Shown here one piece after another: positions 1-8,257 of a DNA stretch of 32,000 bases. This DNA comes from Microcystis aeruginosa NIES-843 (GTDB taxonomy: Bacteria > Cyanobacteriota > Cyanobacteriia > Cyanobacteriales > Microcystaceae), in NCBI RefSeq assembly GCF_000010625.1, contig NC_010296.1, positions 4,410,001 through 4,442,000 of the forward strand, written 5' to 3'. Each line of letters begins with the position of its first letter. The first letter of the stretch is position 1. The position numbers were made by a program, and so were the translations under genes. The notes under the pieces are model-generated. The model had not been told where the DNA came from and made no database searches. It saw only the letters and a list, made by a program, of their open reading frames with translations.

Positions 1-461
1 CCCCGGCGATCGAAGCAATTGACTTACTTTCGTGGCTACCCTTATTAGTGGAACCTTTTCGTCATCTCACCCGTGAGCGACAACAGCAGTTAATTTTAGA
101 TATAGATGGGGATATACCGGAGATTAACACCAGTCTGTGTCATATCGAGCGCATAATAGCGGAATTACTTACCAATGCTTCTAAATATACCCCAGAACGA
201 GGAATAATTAGGGTAAATGTGAGGCGTGCGGATGAGCAAATATTAATTAGTGTGAGCAATTCAGGAGTAGAAATCGCCCCAGAGGAATTATCAAGAATAT
301 TTGCCCCTTTTTATCGCATTCCTAGCCAAGATCCCTGGCGCTACAGTGGTACTGGTTTAGGTTTAGCTTTGGTCTGCAAACTGATTAAACCCCTGAATGC
401 CACCATCGATGTCACCAGTGCCAACGCTGTCACCACTTTTACCCTCACCTTGCCAATCTAG
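1..461 (+). CDS. Sensor histidine kinase, C-terminal ATP-binding (HATPase_c) portion; 5' end lies upstream of the window
   Basis: Frame 3 is open from base 3 (PAIEAIDLLSWLPLLVEPF...), so the Met at 48 is internal. N-box ELLTNASKYT, G1-like VSNSG and G2 GTGLGLAL are present. Stop at 459-461. Confidence 0.85.
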   Translation, partial: PAIEAIDLLSWLPLLVEPFRHLTRERQQQLILDIDGDIPEINTSLCHIERIIAELLTNASKYTPERGIIRVNVRRADEQILISVSNSGVEIAPEELSRIFAPFYRIPSQDPWRYSGTGLGLALVCKLIKPLNATIDVTSANAVTTFTLTLPI

Positions 462-490
462 TCGAGCAGAAAACTTTTTAGAAAAAAACC

Positions 491-519
491 TTGCAATTAT
501 TTCGAGGGCGTGCTATATT
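491..519 (+). promoter_or_regulatory. Sigma-70-type promoter candidate for tRNA-Phe
   Basis: TTGCAA (491-496), 17 nt spacer, TATATT (514-519). It sits about 20 nt upstream of the tRNA 5' end at 539. Confidence 0.5.
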
Positions 520-538
520 GAGAAAGGACAAAAAAAAC

Positions 539-611
<73 letters not shown>

Positions 612-780
612 TCGGAAAAACAATAAAATTAGCCCTGTATTTACCTCCTATTCTGCTAGGTTTTGTAAATGTAGCCCTTCTCGTCAAGATGAAGTGTAAC
701 CTAATTTGGTAAGCTGAAAGCTTTGATGTACTTAGTTTATAACCTTCTTTTTAGGTAGGAGAATTGCCAGATTCTTTCTT

Positions 781-839
781 TTGCCTGTTGCCTGTTGCCT
801 CTTGCCTTCAGTTCACTGATTACTGATGACTGATCACTG
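781..839. repeat. Two abutting heptamer arrays: (TTGCCTN)x4 then (NNNACTG)x4
   Basis: Direct reading: ttgcctg ttgcctg ttgcctc ttgcctt cag ttcactg attactg atgactg atcactg. Confidence 0.9.
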
Positions 840-879
840 AAAAGTCCCCCCAACCCGCAACTACTTTTTGATTTTTGGC

Positions 880-909
880 TTGACGTAAGCGGTCACGGAT
901 TAAGATAAT
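880..909 (+). promoter_or_regulatory. Weak promoter candidate upstream of the HEAT-repeat gene
   Basis: TTGACG (880-885), 18 nt spacer, GATAAT (904-909). The predicted start would lie only a few nt before ATG 919, giving a near-leaderless transcript. Hexamer match only. Confidence 0.3.
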
Positions 910-918
910 CTAACAAGT

Positions 919-1662
919 ATGTACGATAATGAAATCCTAGACTCTAACAACTCCTTAAATAATCCTCTCGATGGGAGCGATCCGGACCTAGCAGCGGAAA
1001 TCCCCCCCGATCCAGAGGAAATGCTCTCATTGCTTACTTCTGATCATCTGAGCGAGAGAATGATCGCGGCCCGCGCCTTTTGTGAATTGCGTGACGAAAG
1101 AGCGATCGCTCCTTTACTGGAGATGTTAAGCGATGTCTGTCCCCTAGTGCGTGTCAGTGTCGCCTACGCTTTGGGCAGAAATCCCAGTCTTAGCGCCGTG
1201 GAGCCTTTAATCGAGCTACTGGCCAGAGATTGGAATGGTTACGTCAGAAAAGGGGTAGTTTGGGCCCTAGGTAACTGTGGTGATCGCAGAGCGATCGAGC
1301 CTTTGGTTCATGCTCTCAAAACCGATATTTCGGCGGTGCGATTATGGGCTGCCAGTAGTTTGGCCCAGATTGCCAAGGTCAATTATGAAGATATCATCAC
1401 CGTCTTGCCGCCTTTAATTGAAGGATTGCGCCGAGATTTAATCGCGGCGGTGCGGAGTAATTGCGCTTGGTCGATCGGTCAATTATGCCGAGAATTGCCC
1501 TTAAATGTGATTTATGCCACGGCGATCGATGCTTTGATCGAGGCCTTGGTGGAAGATGAGGATTTAGGTGTCAAGGAAGATGCCAGGGGTGCTTTATTAA
1601 AAGTGGGCGACCCGAGAGGATTACAATTGATCGAGGAATTAGAGCTTGAAGGAATTATCTAA
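919..1662 (+). CDS. HEAT-repeat (PBS-lyase-type) protein
   Basis: 247-aa ORF with repeated units of about 31 aa: ERMIAARAFCELRDERAIAPLLEML, VRVSVAYALGRNPSLSAVEPLIELL, VRKGVVWALGNCGDRRAIEPLVHAL. Its 3' end overlaps the ubiX start. Confidence 0.85.
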   Translation: MYDNEILDSNNSLNNPLDGSDPDLAAEIPPDPEEMLSLLTSDHLSERMIAARAFCELRDERAIAPLLEMLSDVCPLVRVSVAYALGRNPSLSAVEPLIELLARDWNGYVRKGVVWALGNCGDRRAIEPLVHALKTDISAVRLWAASSLAQIAKVNYEDIITVLPPLIEGLRRDLIAAVRSNCAWSIGQLCRELPLNVIYATAIDALIEALVEDEDLGVKEDARGALLKVGDPRGLQLIEELELEGII

Positions 1663-2263
1663 ACCGCTAATTTTGGGCGTTACGGGGGCATCAGGGCTGA
1701 TTTATGCCGTCCGTACTCTCAAATATCTACTTTTAGCCGACTACACGATCGATCTAGTGGCCTCCAAATCAGCTTACACTGTCTGGCAAGCAGAAGATAA
1801 TGTGCGGATGCCTCCAGAACCAGAGCTGCAAGAACAATTTTGGCGCGGCCAATGCGGGGTGATGGAAGGGGGAAAATTACGCTGTCATCGTTGGGGTGAT
1901 GTGGGGGCAACGATCGCCAGTGGTTCCTATCGCACCCTTGGTATGGTAATTATTCCCTGTAGCATGAGTACAGTGGCCAAATTAGCGGGGGGATTAAGTT
2001 CCGATTTGCTAGAAAGGGCGGCCGATGTGCAGATTAAGGAGGGCAGAAAATTGGTTTTAGTGCCGCGAGAAACCCCCTTTAGTTTAATTCATCTGCGTAA
2101 TTTAACCACTTTAGCCGAGGCGGGCGTTAGAATCGTGCCAGCAATACCGGCATGGTATCACCATCCCCAATCGATCGAGGATTTGGTAGATTTTGTCATC
2201 GCTCGTACCCTCGATCAGTTAGATATCGATTGTGTGGCCATTAATCGCTGGCAAGGACATTAA
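1646..2263 (+). CDS. ubiX: Flavin prenyltransferase UbiX
   Basis: 205-aa ORF with LILGVTGASG, IIPCSMSTVAKLA and LVLVPRETP motifs of the UbiX/Pad1 family. The only in-frame start ahead of the conserved N-terminus is TTG 1646, which overlaps the HEAT gene by 17 nt. Confidence 0.9.
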   Translation: MKELSKPLILGVTGASGLIYAVRTLKYLLLADYTIDLVASKSAYTVWQAEDNVRMPPEPELQEQFWRGQCGVMEGGKLRCHRWGDVGATIASGSYRTLGMVIIPCSMSTVAKLAGGLSSDLLERAADVQIKEGRKLVLVPRETPFSLIHLRNLTTLAEAGVRIVPAIPAWYHHPQSIEDLVDFVIARTLDQLDIDCVAINRWQGH

Positions 2264-2301
2264 CAGTTATCAGTTATCAGTTATCAGTTATCAGTTATCA
2301 G
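2264..2301. repeat. (CAGTTAT)x5 heptamer array starting directly after the ubiX stop codon
   Basis: Direct reading. The same unit recurs at 22486-22533 and 28238-28275, and as its complement CTGATAA at 4085-4098 and 8521-8551. Confidence 0.95.
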
Positions 2302-2339
2302 ATGTAATTTATCAAATGTAAGTTATCAGATGTAAGTTT

Positions 2340-2527
2340 GGTTCTTCGTTACTTGGTATGGTTCGATCAGGGGGCAGAAATCGGCTAAATCCTTATCTGG
2401 CAAGGGACTTAATTGATTAGCTCGTTCTAGATTGAAAACAATTGGCAAAAATCGCAGCCATGTCTTTCTATATAAGGGTTTCACCCCTTATAACTCCCGT
2501 CCATTGCATAACACAAACCGAAGAACC
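2340..2527. mobile_element. 188-bp non-coding MITE-like element with 9-bp TIRs and an 8-bp target-site duplication
   Basis: TIRs are GGTTCTTCG (2340-2348) and CGAAGAACC (2519-2527). Identical direct repeats GTAAGTTT flank it at 2332-2339 and 2528-2535. Internal hairpin TATAAGGG (2471-2478) / CCCTTATA (2485-2492). No ORF. Confidence 0.7.
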
Positions 2528-2573
2528 GTAAGTTTTAAGTTAATTAGTTAGTTAGTTATCTTTATCTTTATAC

Positions 2574-2653
2574 CTGTTTACTGTTTACTGATCACTGTTT
2601 ACTGATTACTGTTTACTGATTACTGTTTACTGATCACTGTTTACTGATCACTG
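2574..2653. repeat. Alternating heptamer array (CTGTTTA / CTGATYA), about 11 units, ending 5 nt before the RBS of the 2671 gene
   Basis: Direct reading: ctgttta ctgttta ctgatca ctgttta ctgatta ctgttta ctgatta ctgttta ctgatca ctgttta ctgatca. Confidence 0.95.
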
Positions 2654-2670
2654 AATCAAGGGAGGTAAAA

Positions 2671-3285
2671 ATGGGCTGGATTATGGTCTTATTTGCGATC
2701 GCTGTAGGCGGATTACTGATCTGGCAGAATCTGGGGGCGATCACTTTGGTCTTTTTTGGCGGTATTATGACGGTAAAACTGCCCCTAGCTGTCTGGGTGT
2801 TACTTTTCACCCTGGCGGGAATTATCAGTGGTTTAACCCTGCAATTTCTCTATAGTTTTGGTCGTCCTTTGGCTGCCCCAAAAGCCTCCCCTCCTATAGC
2901 CAATAATCCTCAAGTCCCACCCCCATCTCCCCGACCTACCTATATTCAAGATCGCGCCGCGTCTCCACCGGGTAACGATTGGGAAAGAGATAGCGGTGAT
3001 GATTGGAATTTTGATGCACCCCCCGAAAAACCGACTACCATTCAGGATCGGGAAGAATTCCCGCCTAGGGTTGCTGATGGGGAAAAAGCGAATTTTGTCA
3101 AGCCTCCAGAGGACAGTTATCAAACTGGCTCAGTTTATTCCTATAGTTACCGCACGGCCAAACAGACTCGCGGGGAAAAGGCCGATCAAGTTTACGATGT
3201 CAATTATCGGATTATTACGCCCCCTGCTCAGGATGAAAACCAAGAGCGGGGGGTAAACAAAGCGGATGAAGAAGAGTGGATTTAA
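2671..3285 (+). CDS. Membrane protein with a LapA/DUF1049-like two-helix N-terminus and a Pro/Asp/Glu-rich tail
   Basis: 204-aa ORF. Strong RBS AAGGGAGG (2658-2665) lies 5 nt before the ATG. Two hydrophobic helices (VLFAIAVGGLLIW..., LPLAVWVLLFTLAGIISGL) are followed by a low-complexity tail. The family call is tentative. Confidence 0.7.
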   Translation: MGWIMVLFAIAVGGLLIWQNLGAITLVFFGGIMTVKLPLAVWVLLFTLAGIISGLTLQFLYSFGRPLAAPKASPPIANNPQVPPPSPRPTYIQDRAASPPGNDWERDSGDDWNFDAPPEKPTTIQDREEFPPRVADGEKANFVKPPEDSYQTGSVYSYSYRTAKQTRGEKADQVYDVNYRIITPPAQDENQERGVNKADEEEWI

Positions 3286-3392
3286 TTTGACAGAGTAGAG
3301 GTTTCTACCTGAATCCCTCAGAGAAGACAAACTGTTCCGGCCTTGTCTCCTGTCTTACAATGGTTAAATCTAGGTTGTGTAGATAGATCGCC

Positions 3393-3917
3393 ATGAAACA
3401 CACATTATCCGTATTAGTTGAAGATGAAGCGGGAGTCTTAACCCGTATTGCTGGATTATTCGCCCGTCGCGGCTTTAATATTGAAAGTCTGGCCGTGGGT
3501 CCTGCTGAACAGATGGGAGTTTCTCGGATTACGATGGTAGTACCAGGAGACGAGGACAGCATCGAACAGTTAACCAAACAACTTTACAAATTAATTAACG
3601 TCCTCAAGGTGCAGGATATCACCCAAACCCCTTGTGTGGAAAGGGAATTAATGCTGATTAAAGTTAATGCTACCGCCGAGCGCCGGGCCGAAGTGATCGA
3701 ATTAGCGCAGGTATTCCGGGCGCGGATTGTGGATATTTCCGAGGAAACCCTGACCATCGAAGTGGTGGGGGATCCGGGTAAAATGGTGGCGATTATGCAA
3801 ATGCTGAATAAATTTGGCGTTCGCGAGGTGGCCCGTACCGGTAAAATTGCTCTGATTCGCGAGTCGGGAGTCAATACGGAATACCTGAAAGCTTTAGAGG
3901 CTAAAATGTCAATTTAG
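3393..3917 (+). CDS. ilvN: Acetolactate synthase (AHAS) small regulatory subunit
   Basis: 174 aa. The ACT-domain N-terminus [34 protein letters not shown] is typical of IlvH/IlvN. Confidence 0.92.
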   Translation: MKHTLSVLVEDEAGVLTRIAGLFARRGFNIESLAVGPAEQMGVSRITMVVPGDEDSIEQLTKQLYKLINVLKVQDITQTPCVERELMLIKVNATAERRAEVIELAQVFRARIVDISEETLTIEVVGDPGKMVAIMQMLNKFGVREVARTGKIALIRESGVNTEYLKALEAKMSI

Positions 3918-3934
3918 GGATATTGGGTATGAAT

Positions 3935-4098
3935 TGGGAATTGGGGAGATGGGGTGTTGGGGTTTTAGGGTGTTGGGGTGTTAGGGTGGTCACTGCGTGC
4001 GCGTTGCGGGGGGTGTTAGGGTGTTGGGGTTTTAGTTGAAATTCCCCACTCCCCACTTCCCCTATTGCCTATTGCCTTCAGAAGCTGATAACTGATAA
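3935..4098. repeat. Composite array: G-rich heptamers, then a C-rich block, then (TATTGCC)x2, then (CTGATAA)x2
   Basis: G-rich units (GGGTGTT / GGGGTGT / TAGGGTG) span 3935-4033, interrupted by GC-rich gtcactgcgtgcgcgttgc. The C-rich block ccccactccccacttcccc is at 4043-4063, tattgcctattgcc at 4063-4077 and ctgataactgataa at 4085-4098. The array ends 5 nt before ATG 4104. Confidence 0.9.
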
Positions 4099-4103
4099 AA
4101 ACT

Positions 4104-6356
4104 ATGTCTAAGCAGTCGCCGAAAACCCAAATTAGTCAACTTGTCACCGTTGCCGTGCAGAAATTGCAAGGAAAGGTGAATTTTCAGGCGGTAAATCTCA
4201 AAAAAGGGGCGAGAGTTCCCGAATTACGCCTTAAAAACGAGAATGGCAGCGGGGAAAGCAAATATCCCCTTATCGGCGATCGCTATTTGTTGGGTCGTAG
4301 TTCCAGTTCCTGTGATATTACTATCCGTAATACCGTGGTCAGTCAGATTCATTGTTCCCTGCAGCGTGACCCGAAAAATCCCCATAATTTCCTGCTCACA
4401 GATGAAAACTCCACCAACGGGGTTTATATGGGTAAACGTCGTCTCAAAAGCGTTTCCCTGCGTCATGGTGATACCTTTACCCTGGCCCCCCCAGACTTAG
4501 CCAATTGTGTCACCATCTCCTACTACTGTCCCCCTCCCCTGTGGGCGCGACTTTTGCGCTATGGTTTCTATGGTGCGGGGGGTATTTTCGGTTTATTAGT
4601 TTTAGCGGTTATCTGGGAAAGTCGCAAAGTTAATGTTTATCCACTCCCTTCCGGGGTGAGCGGTCCGGTGGTGGTTTACCCTAGGGATGCTCAAACTCCC
4701 CTCAATCCCATTCGACAGGAAACTCACCGAGAATTAGATAATCTGGGCGATTTTTCTCCCTATTTGCCCCAGGCGGTTGTCGCTTCCGAAGATAGTCGTT
4801 TTTACTGGCATTTTGGGGTTGATCCTTTGGGGATTGTCCGGGCAATTATGATTAATTGGCAAGGTCGGGGCATTCGTCAAGGGGCCAGCACCCTGACTCA
4901 ACAGTTAGCGCGTAGTTTATTCCCCGAAGTCGGTCGCCAAAATACTGCCGATCGCAAACTCCGGGAGGCTGTGGTCGCTTTACAATTAGAAGCGGTGTAT
5001 AGTAAGGATGAAATTCTCAAAACCTATCTCAATCGAGTTTATCTCGGTCTGGCCGGTTACGGTTTTGAAGATGCGGCCCGCTTTTATTTCGATAAATCCG
5101 CTAGAGATTTAGATATCTCCGAGGCTGCTACTCTTGTGGCCATGTTACCCGCCCCGAATTTATTTAATCCCATTCAAGATTACGACACTTCCGTACAACT
5201 ACGCAATCGTGTCATCGATCGCATGGCCCAATTAGGCATGATTTCCCCGGAAGCGGCGGCCAGCGCCCGCAGATCTCGCATTGAAATCAGTCCCCAAGCC
5301 AAAAAATCCCTATCTAGTACGATTGCACCATATTTTTATAGTTACGTTTTCGAGGAATTACAGGACCTTTTAGGGGAAGAAGTGGCTAAAGAGGGCAATT
5401 TTATCGTTGAAACCAGTTTAGACCGCCGAATGCAAGCGATCGCAGAAAAAAGCTTAAAAAATAATGTCTTAAACCAAGGCCCCCGCTATCGTTACTCCCA
5501 AGGGGCTTTAGTTACCCTAAACAGTCAAACCGGGGAAATTCTCGCTTTAGTCGGGGGAGTTGATTATCAAAAAAGCCAATTTAACCGCGCTATCCAAGCT
5601 AAACGTCAACCCGGTTCCACTTTTAAGGTATTTGCTTATGCTGCCGCCCTAGAACAGGGAATATCGCCCTATAAAACCTATACCTGCGCTGGACTCTCTT
5701 GGCAAGGACAGGCCTATTCTCCCTGTGAACGCAGTAGCGGGGCCATCAATATGTTTCAAGGTTTAGCGCAATCGGAAAATAGCGTCGCCCTTCGCATTGC
5801 TCGCGAGGCAGAATTAAGTAATGTGGTCAATGTGGCGGAACGTTTGGGGGTAAAATCACCTTTAAATGCTGTACCGGGGCTAATTTTAGGGCAAAGCGAG
5901 GTAAATGTCTTAGAAATGACCGGTGCTTATGGGGTTTTTGACCATCGTGGGCGCTGGAATCGTCCCCACGCCATTAAACGCATTCTCGACGCTTCCGACT
6001 GTGAAAATGTGGAGGATTTGAGTACCTGTCGGGTTATTTATGACTATGGCGACGATAGCGAGAGAAATAAGCAGGTAATCTCCCCTAAAACCGCCGAAAC
6101 GATGAATAGCCTATTGCGGGGGGTGATAACTAATGGTACAGGAGGCGCTGCCAGTATTGGCATGGGAGAAGCGGGTAAAACGGGAACTACGGATAATTAT
6201 GTGGATCTCTGGTTTATCGGCTATCTTCCCCGGCGCGACTGGGTGACAGGCATTTGGTTAGGTAATGATAATAATTCTCCCACTGCGGGCAGTAGTCAAC
6301 AGGCAGCCCGGTTATGGGGCGATTATCACCGTCAGTTAATCACTACACAAAACTAA
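4104..6356 (+). CDS. Class A penicillin-binding protein (transglycosylase/transpeptidase) with an N-terminal cytoplasmic FHA domain
   Basis: 750 aa. FHA signature: YLLGRSSSSCDITI...SQIHCSL...TDENSTNGVYMG...GDTFTL. TM helix GFYGAGGIFGLLVLAVIW. GT51 motifs EDSRFYWHFGVD, GASTLTQQLAR and RKLRE. Transpeptidase motifs STFK, SEN and KTGT. Confidence 0.9.
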   Translation: MSKQSPKTQISQLVTVAVQKLQGKVNFQAVNLKKGARVPELRLKNENGSGESKYPLIGDRYLLGRSSSSCDITIRNTVVSQIHCSLQRDPKNPHNFLLTDENSTNGVYMGKRRLKSVSLRHGDTFTLAPPDLANCVTISYYCPPPLWARLLRYGFYGAGGIFGLLVLAVIWESRKVNVYPLPSGVSGPVVVYPRDAQTPLNPIRQETHRELDNLGDFSPYLPQAVVASEDSRFYWHFGVDPLGIVRAIMINWQGRGIRQGASTLTQQLARSLFPEVGRQNTADRKLREAVVALQLEAVYSKDEILKTYLNRVYLGLAGYGFEDAARFYFDKSARDLDISEAATLVAMLPAPNLFNPIQDYDTSVQLRNRVIDRMAQLGMISPEAAASARRSRIEISPQAKKSLSSTIAPYFYSYVFEELQDLLGEEVAKEGNFIVETSLDRRMQAIAEKSLKNNVLNQGPRYRYSQGALVTLNSQTGEILALVGGVDYQKSQFNRAIQAKRQPGSTFKVFAYAAALEQGISPYKTYTCAGLSWQGQAYSPCERSSGAINMFQGLAQSENSVALRIAREAELSNVVNVAERLGVKSPLNAVPGLILGQSEVNVLEMTGAYGVFDHRGRWNRPHAIKRILDASDCENVEDLSTCRVIYDYGDDSERNKQVISPKTAETMNSLLRGVITNGTGGAASIGMGEAGKTGTTDNYVDLWFIGYLPRRDWVTGIWLGNDNNSPTAGSSQQAARLWGDYHRQLITTQN

Positions 6357-6566
6357 TCCCAATAGGACTAGCTACTTTTCCCGTTGCCTGTTCCAGAGTT
6401 CCCTCAAACCAGAGACTTCCTACCTCACTATTAAGATAACTGCTTTAAACTAATAAGGGTGTCTTAGCCCTAGCTAACACACCCGCAGAGATTGTTTCTG
6501 GTAGCCTGATTTTACACCAAAAATCCACAACTGCCCAACCCACCGCAGTGGATGGACAGGGATAGA

Positions 6567-7553
6567 TTAGGCAATCACCTGAATATTGCTTGCACCGAGG
6601 GTCGCTGCGCCAGAGCCACCAATGTTTGCGATTGTAACCAGACTAACACCAAGACCAGCGTCTGTGTCAAACTGTAAAACACCACCACTGTAGACAAATC
6701 TGACAGCACCACCCGCAGTTGCCCCGAATAGGCTAGGAGCCAAAGTACCACCAACGGTAGTCAGTCCACCACCGAAACCACCGTTAGAAACTACGATAGC
6801 ATCCGTATTGCCGCTAGCGATGTTAAAATCCGCGATCAAGTCACCGCCTTCGTTGGGATTGTTGTAAACAAAACGGTCATTACCATTACCACCAGTGAGG
6901 GTGTCGCTTCCTAAGCCACCGATTAGGGTATCCGCTCCCCCGATACCGGATATTATATCGTTACCATCGCCACCGATTAGGGAATCGAAACCATTACCAC
7001 CATTTAGGGTATCGTTACCATTACCACCAATTAGGGTATCGGCACCCTCGCCACCACTTAGGACATCGTTACCATCGCCACCAATTAGGGTATCGGTACT
7101 GTTACCGCCCGTTAGAGTATCGTTGAACGCACTACCTGTGATGAAATAGGAATCGGTGAGTAAGAGTGGTGCGATCGAACTTACTACTTGCGGACCCGAC
7201 GCTTTCGTGTTAACAATACCGCCGGTTAGTTGATAAGTGCCGGCAGACCCGCCTCTAACAAAGGTAAGGCTATTTGCTGGCAGGGAAAGGGTCTTAGAAA
7301 AGCCTCCACCGGCCCTGGAAAGGGTTGCGCTATCAGCAACGCCTGCGTTGGCTATTCTCCAAACTGTATCGCCGCCCGTACTTAAAAGTCCCAGGGAAGT
7401 GAGATTATCGGCGGTAAGGCCTGTTGTCGATATAGAAATGGGGACAGTAGGATGGGCGTTCAGGAAAGCGGCAACTGACGTAGTCACAGTAGGATTGAAA
7501 CTAGCACCAGTGGGACCGGGGAGGCTAGCGAATGATATGGTTACAGTGGGCAT
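6567..7553 (-). CDS. RTX-type (hemolysin-type) calcium-binding repeat protein
   Basis: 328 aa, rich in Gly/Thr/Ser/Ala. Nine consecutive nonapeptides of the GGxGxDxLx type (GGDGNDVLS GGEGADTLI GGNGNDTLN GGNGFDSLI ...). No N-terminal signal peptide, as expected for a type I secretion substrate. Confidence 0.85.
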   Translation of the reverse strand: MPTVTISFASLPGPTGASFNPTVTTSVAAFLNAHPTVPISISTTGLTADNLTSLGLLSTGGDTVWRIANAGVADSATLSRAGGGFSKTLSLPANSLTFVRGGSAGTYQLTGGIVNTKASGPQVVSSIAPLLLTDSYFITGSAFNDTLTGGNSTDTLIGGDGNDVLSGGEGADTLIGGNGNDTLNGGNGFDSLIGGDGNDIISGIGGADTLIGGLGSDTLTGGNGNDRFVYNNPNEGGDLIADFNIASGNTDAIVVSNGGFGGGLTTVGGTLAPSLFGATAGGAVRFVYSGGVLQFDTDAGLGVSLVTIANIGGSGAATLGASNIQVIA

Positions 7554-7689
7554 GATTTTTTCTTTGAATGATTTGTTTGAATTTGAAGAGTCTGATAATC
7601 TTCCTCCCGATTATTATATACCAAGAAAAAAAATGTAATCATGTTTGCGAGGCTTGTTTTCTGAATTGTTGCTAATGGTCAAGTTTTTA

Positions 7690-8223
7690 TCAATTTTGGG
7701 TTAATTTTCGGCTGGGTGTGGTATAAATCACGCCAGAAATTAAAGTTAATGTCACCGATAGCCAAAAGGCAATCTGAGAAATTAAGTTATATTCAGAAGG
7801 CAAGGGAGCAATTAAGAGAGCGATAGCGATAATTTGGCTGACTGTTTTGCTTTTTCCCCACCAATTAGCCCCTTTTATGTCGCTATTTCCCGTTAAATTC
7901 GGATTAATACGCCAACCAGCGATCGCTAATTCGCGAGCGAGAATCAAAAATACTCCCCAAGCAGCAATTAAATCCATTTCAATCAGAGCTAAGAGGGGAG
8001 CGAGAACCAGTAATTTATCGACCAAAGGATCGAGAAATTTGCCTAATTCGGTGATTTGATTCAATTTTCGCGCTAAATAACCATCGAGCCAATCGGTGCT
8101 GGCAGCAATCAGAAAGATAATTAAACTTAACCAGCGATCGATTTCTGTGCCTTGGTGCAACCAGTATAAAATTAATGGCAGTCCCAAGAGTCGCGATAGG
8201 GTAATCGAGTTGGGTAGGTTCAT
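7690..8223 (-). CDS. pgsA: CDP-diacylglycerol--glycerol-3-phosphate 3-phosphatidyltransferase
   Basis: 177 aa, polytopic. CDP-alcohol phosphotransferase motif DWLDGYLARKLNQITELGKFLDPLVDK. Confidence 0.9.
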   Translation of the reverse strand: MNLPNSITLSRLLGLPLILYWLHQGTEIDRWLSLIIFLIAASTDWLDGYLARKLNQITELGKFLDPLVDKLLVLAPLLALIEMDLIAAWGVFLILARELAIAGWRINPNLTGNSDIKGANWWGKSKTVSQIIAIALLIAPLPSEYNLISQIAFWLSVTLTLISGVIYTTPSRKLTQN

Positions 8224-8231
8224 TTTTCAGT

Positions 8232-8257
8232 GATCAGTAATCAGTAATCAGTAATCA
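8232..8257. repeat. (AGTAATC)n heptamer tract, interrupted by the element at 8258-8403 and resuming at 8404
   Basis: Direct reading: gatcagtaatcagtaatcagtaatca, then the element, then gtaatcagtaatcagtaaac. Confidence 0.9.

Noticed and set aside
1-461. Histidine kinase fragment as the cognate partner of the response regulator at 17410
   Set aside because: They are 17 kb apart and separated by many unrelated genes. Nothing in the sequence links them.
836-885. Possible remnant of the ATTAGGGT MITE interior (GAAAAGTCC..CCCCC..ACC..TACTTTTTGATT) upstream of the HEAT gene
   Set aside because: The similarity is patchy and needs two large gaps, and no TIR is present. Too weak without an alignment to a family consensus.
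3935-4033. Regularly spaced G-rich repeats considered as a CRISPR array (also at 18380, 22537 and 31093)
   Set aside because: The unit length is 7 nt with no unique spacers of 25-40 nt, and no cas genes are present. They are simple tandem heptamers.
6895-7110. ATTAGGGTAT strings inside the RTX gene that resemble the MITE terminal repeat
   Set aside because: They are the reverse complement of the repeated codons GAT ACC CTA ATx (DTLI) of the RTX nonapeptides. The match is a coincidence of a 10-mer, not MITE ends.
6895-7638. Plus-strand ORFs 6895-7149 and 7237-7638, antisense to the RTX gene
   Set aside because: These are Pro/Ser/Val-rich low-complexity shadows of the Gly/Asp repeat codons on the other strand. 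They have no RBS and no family resemblance.
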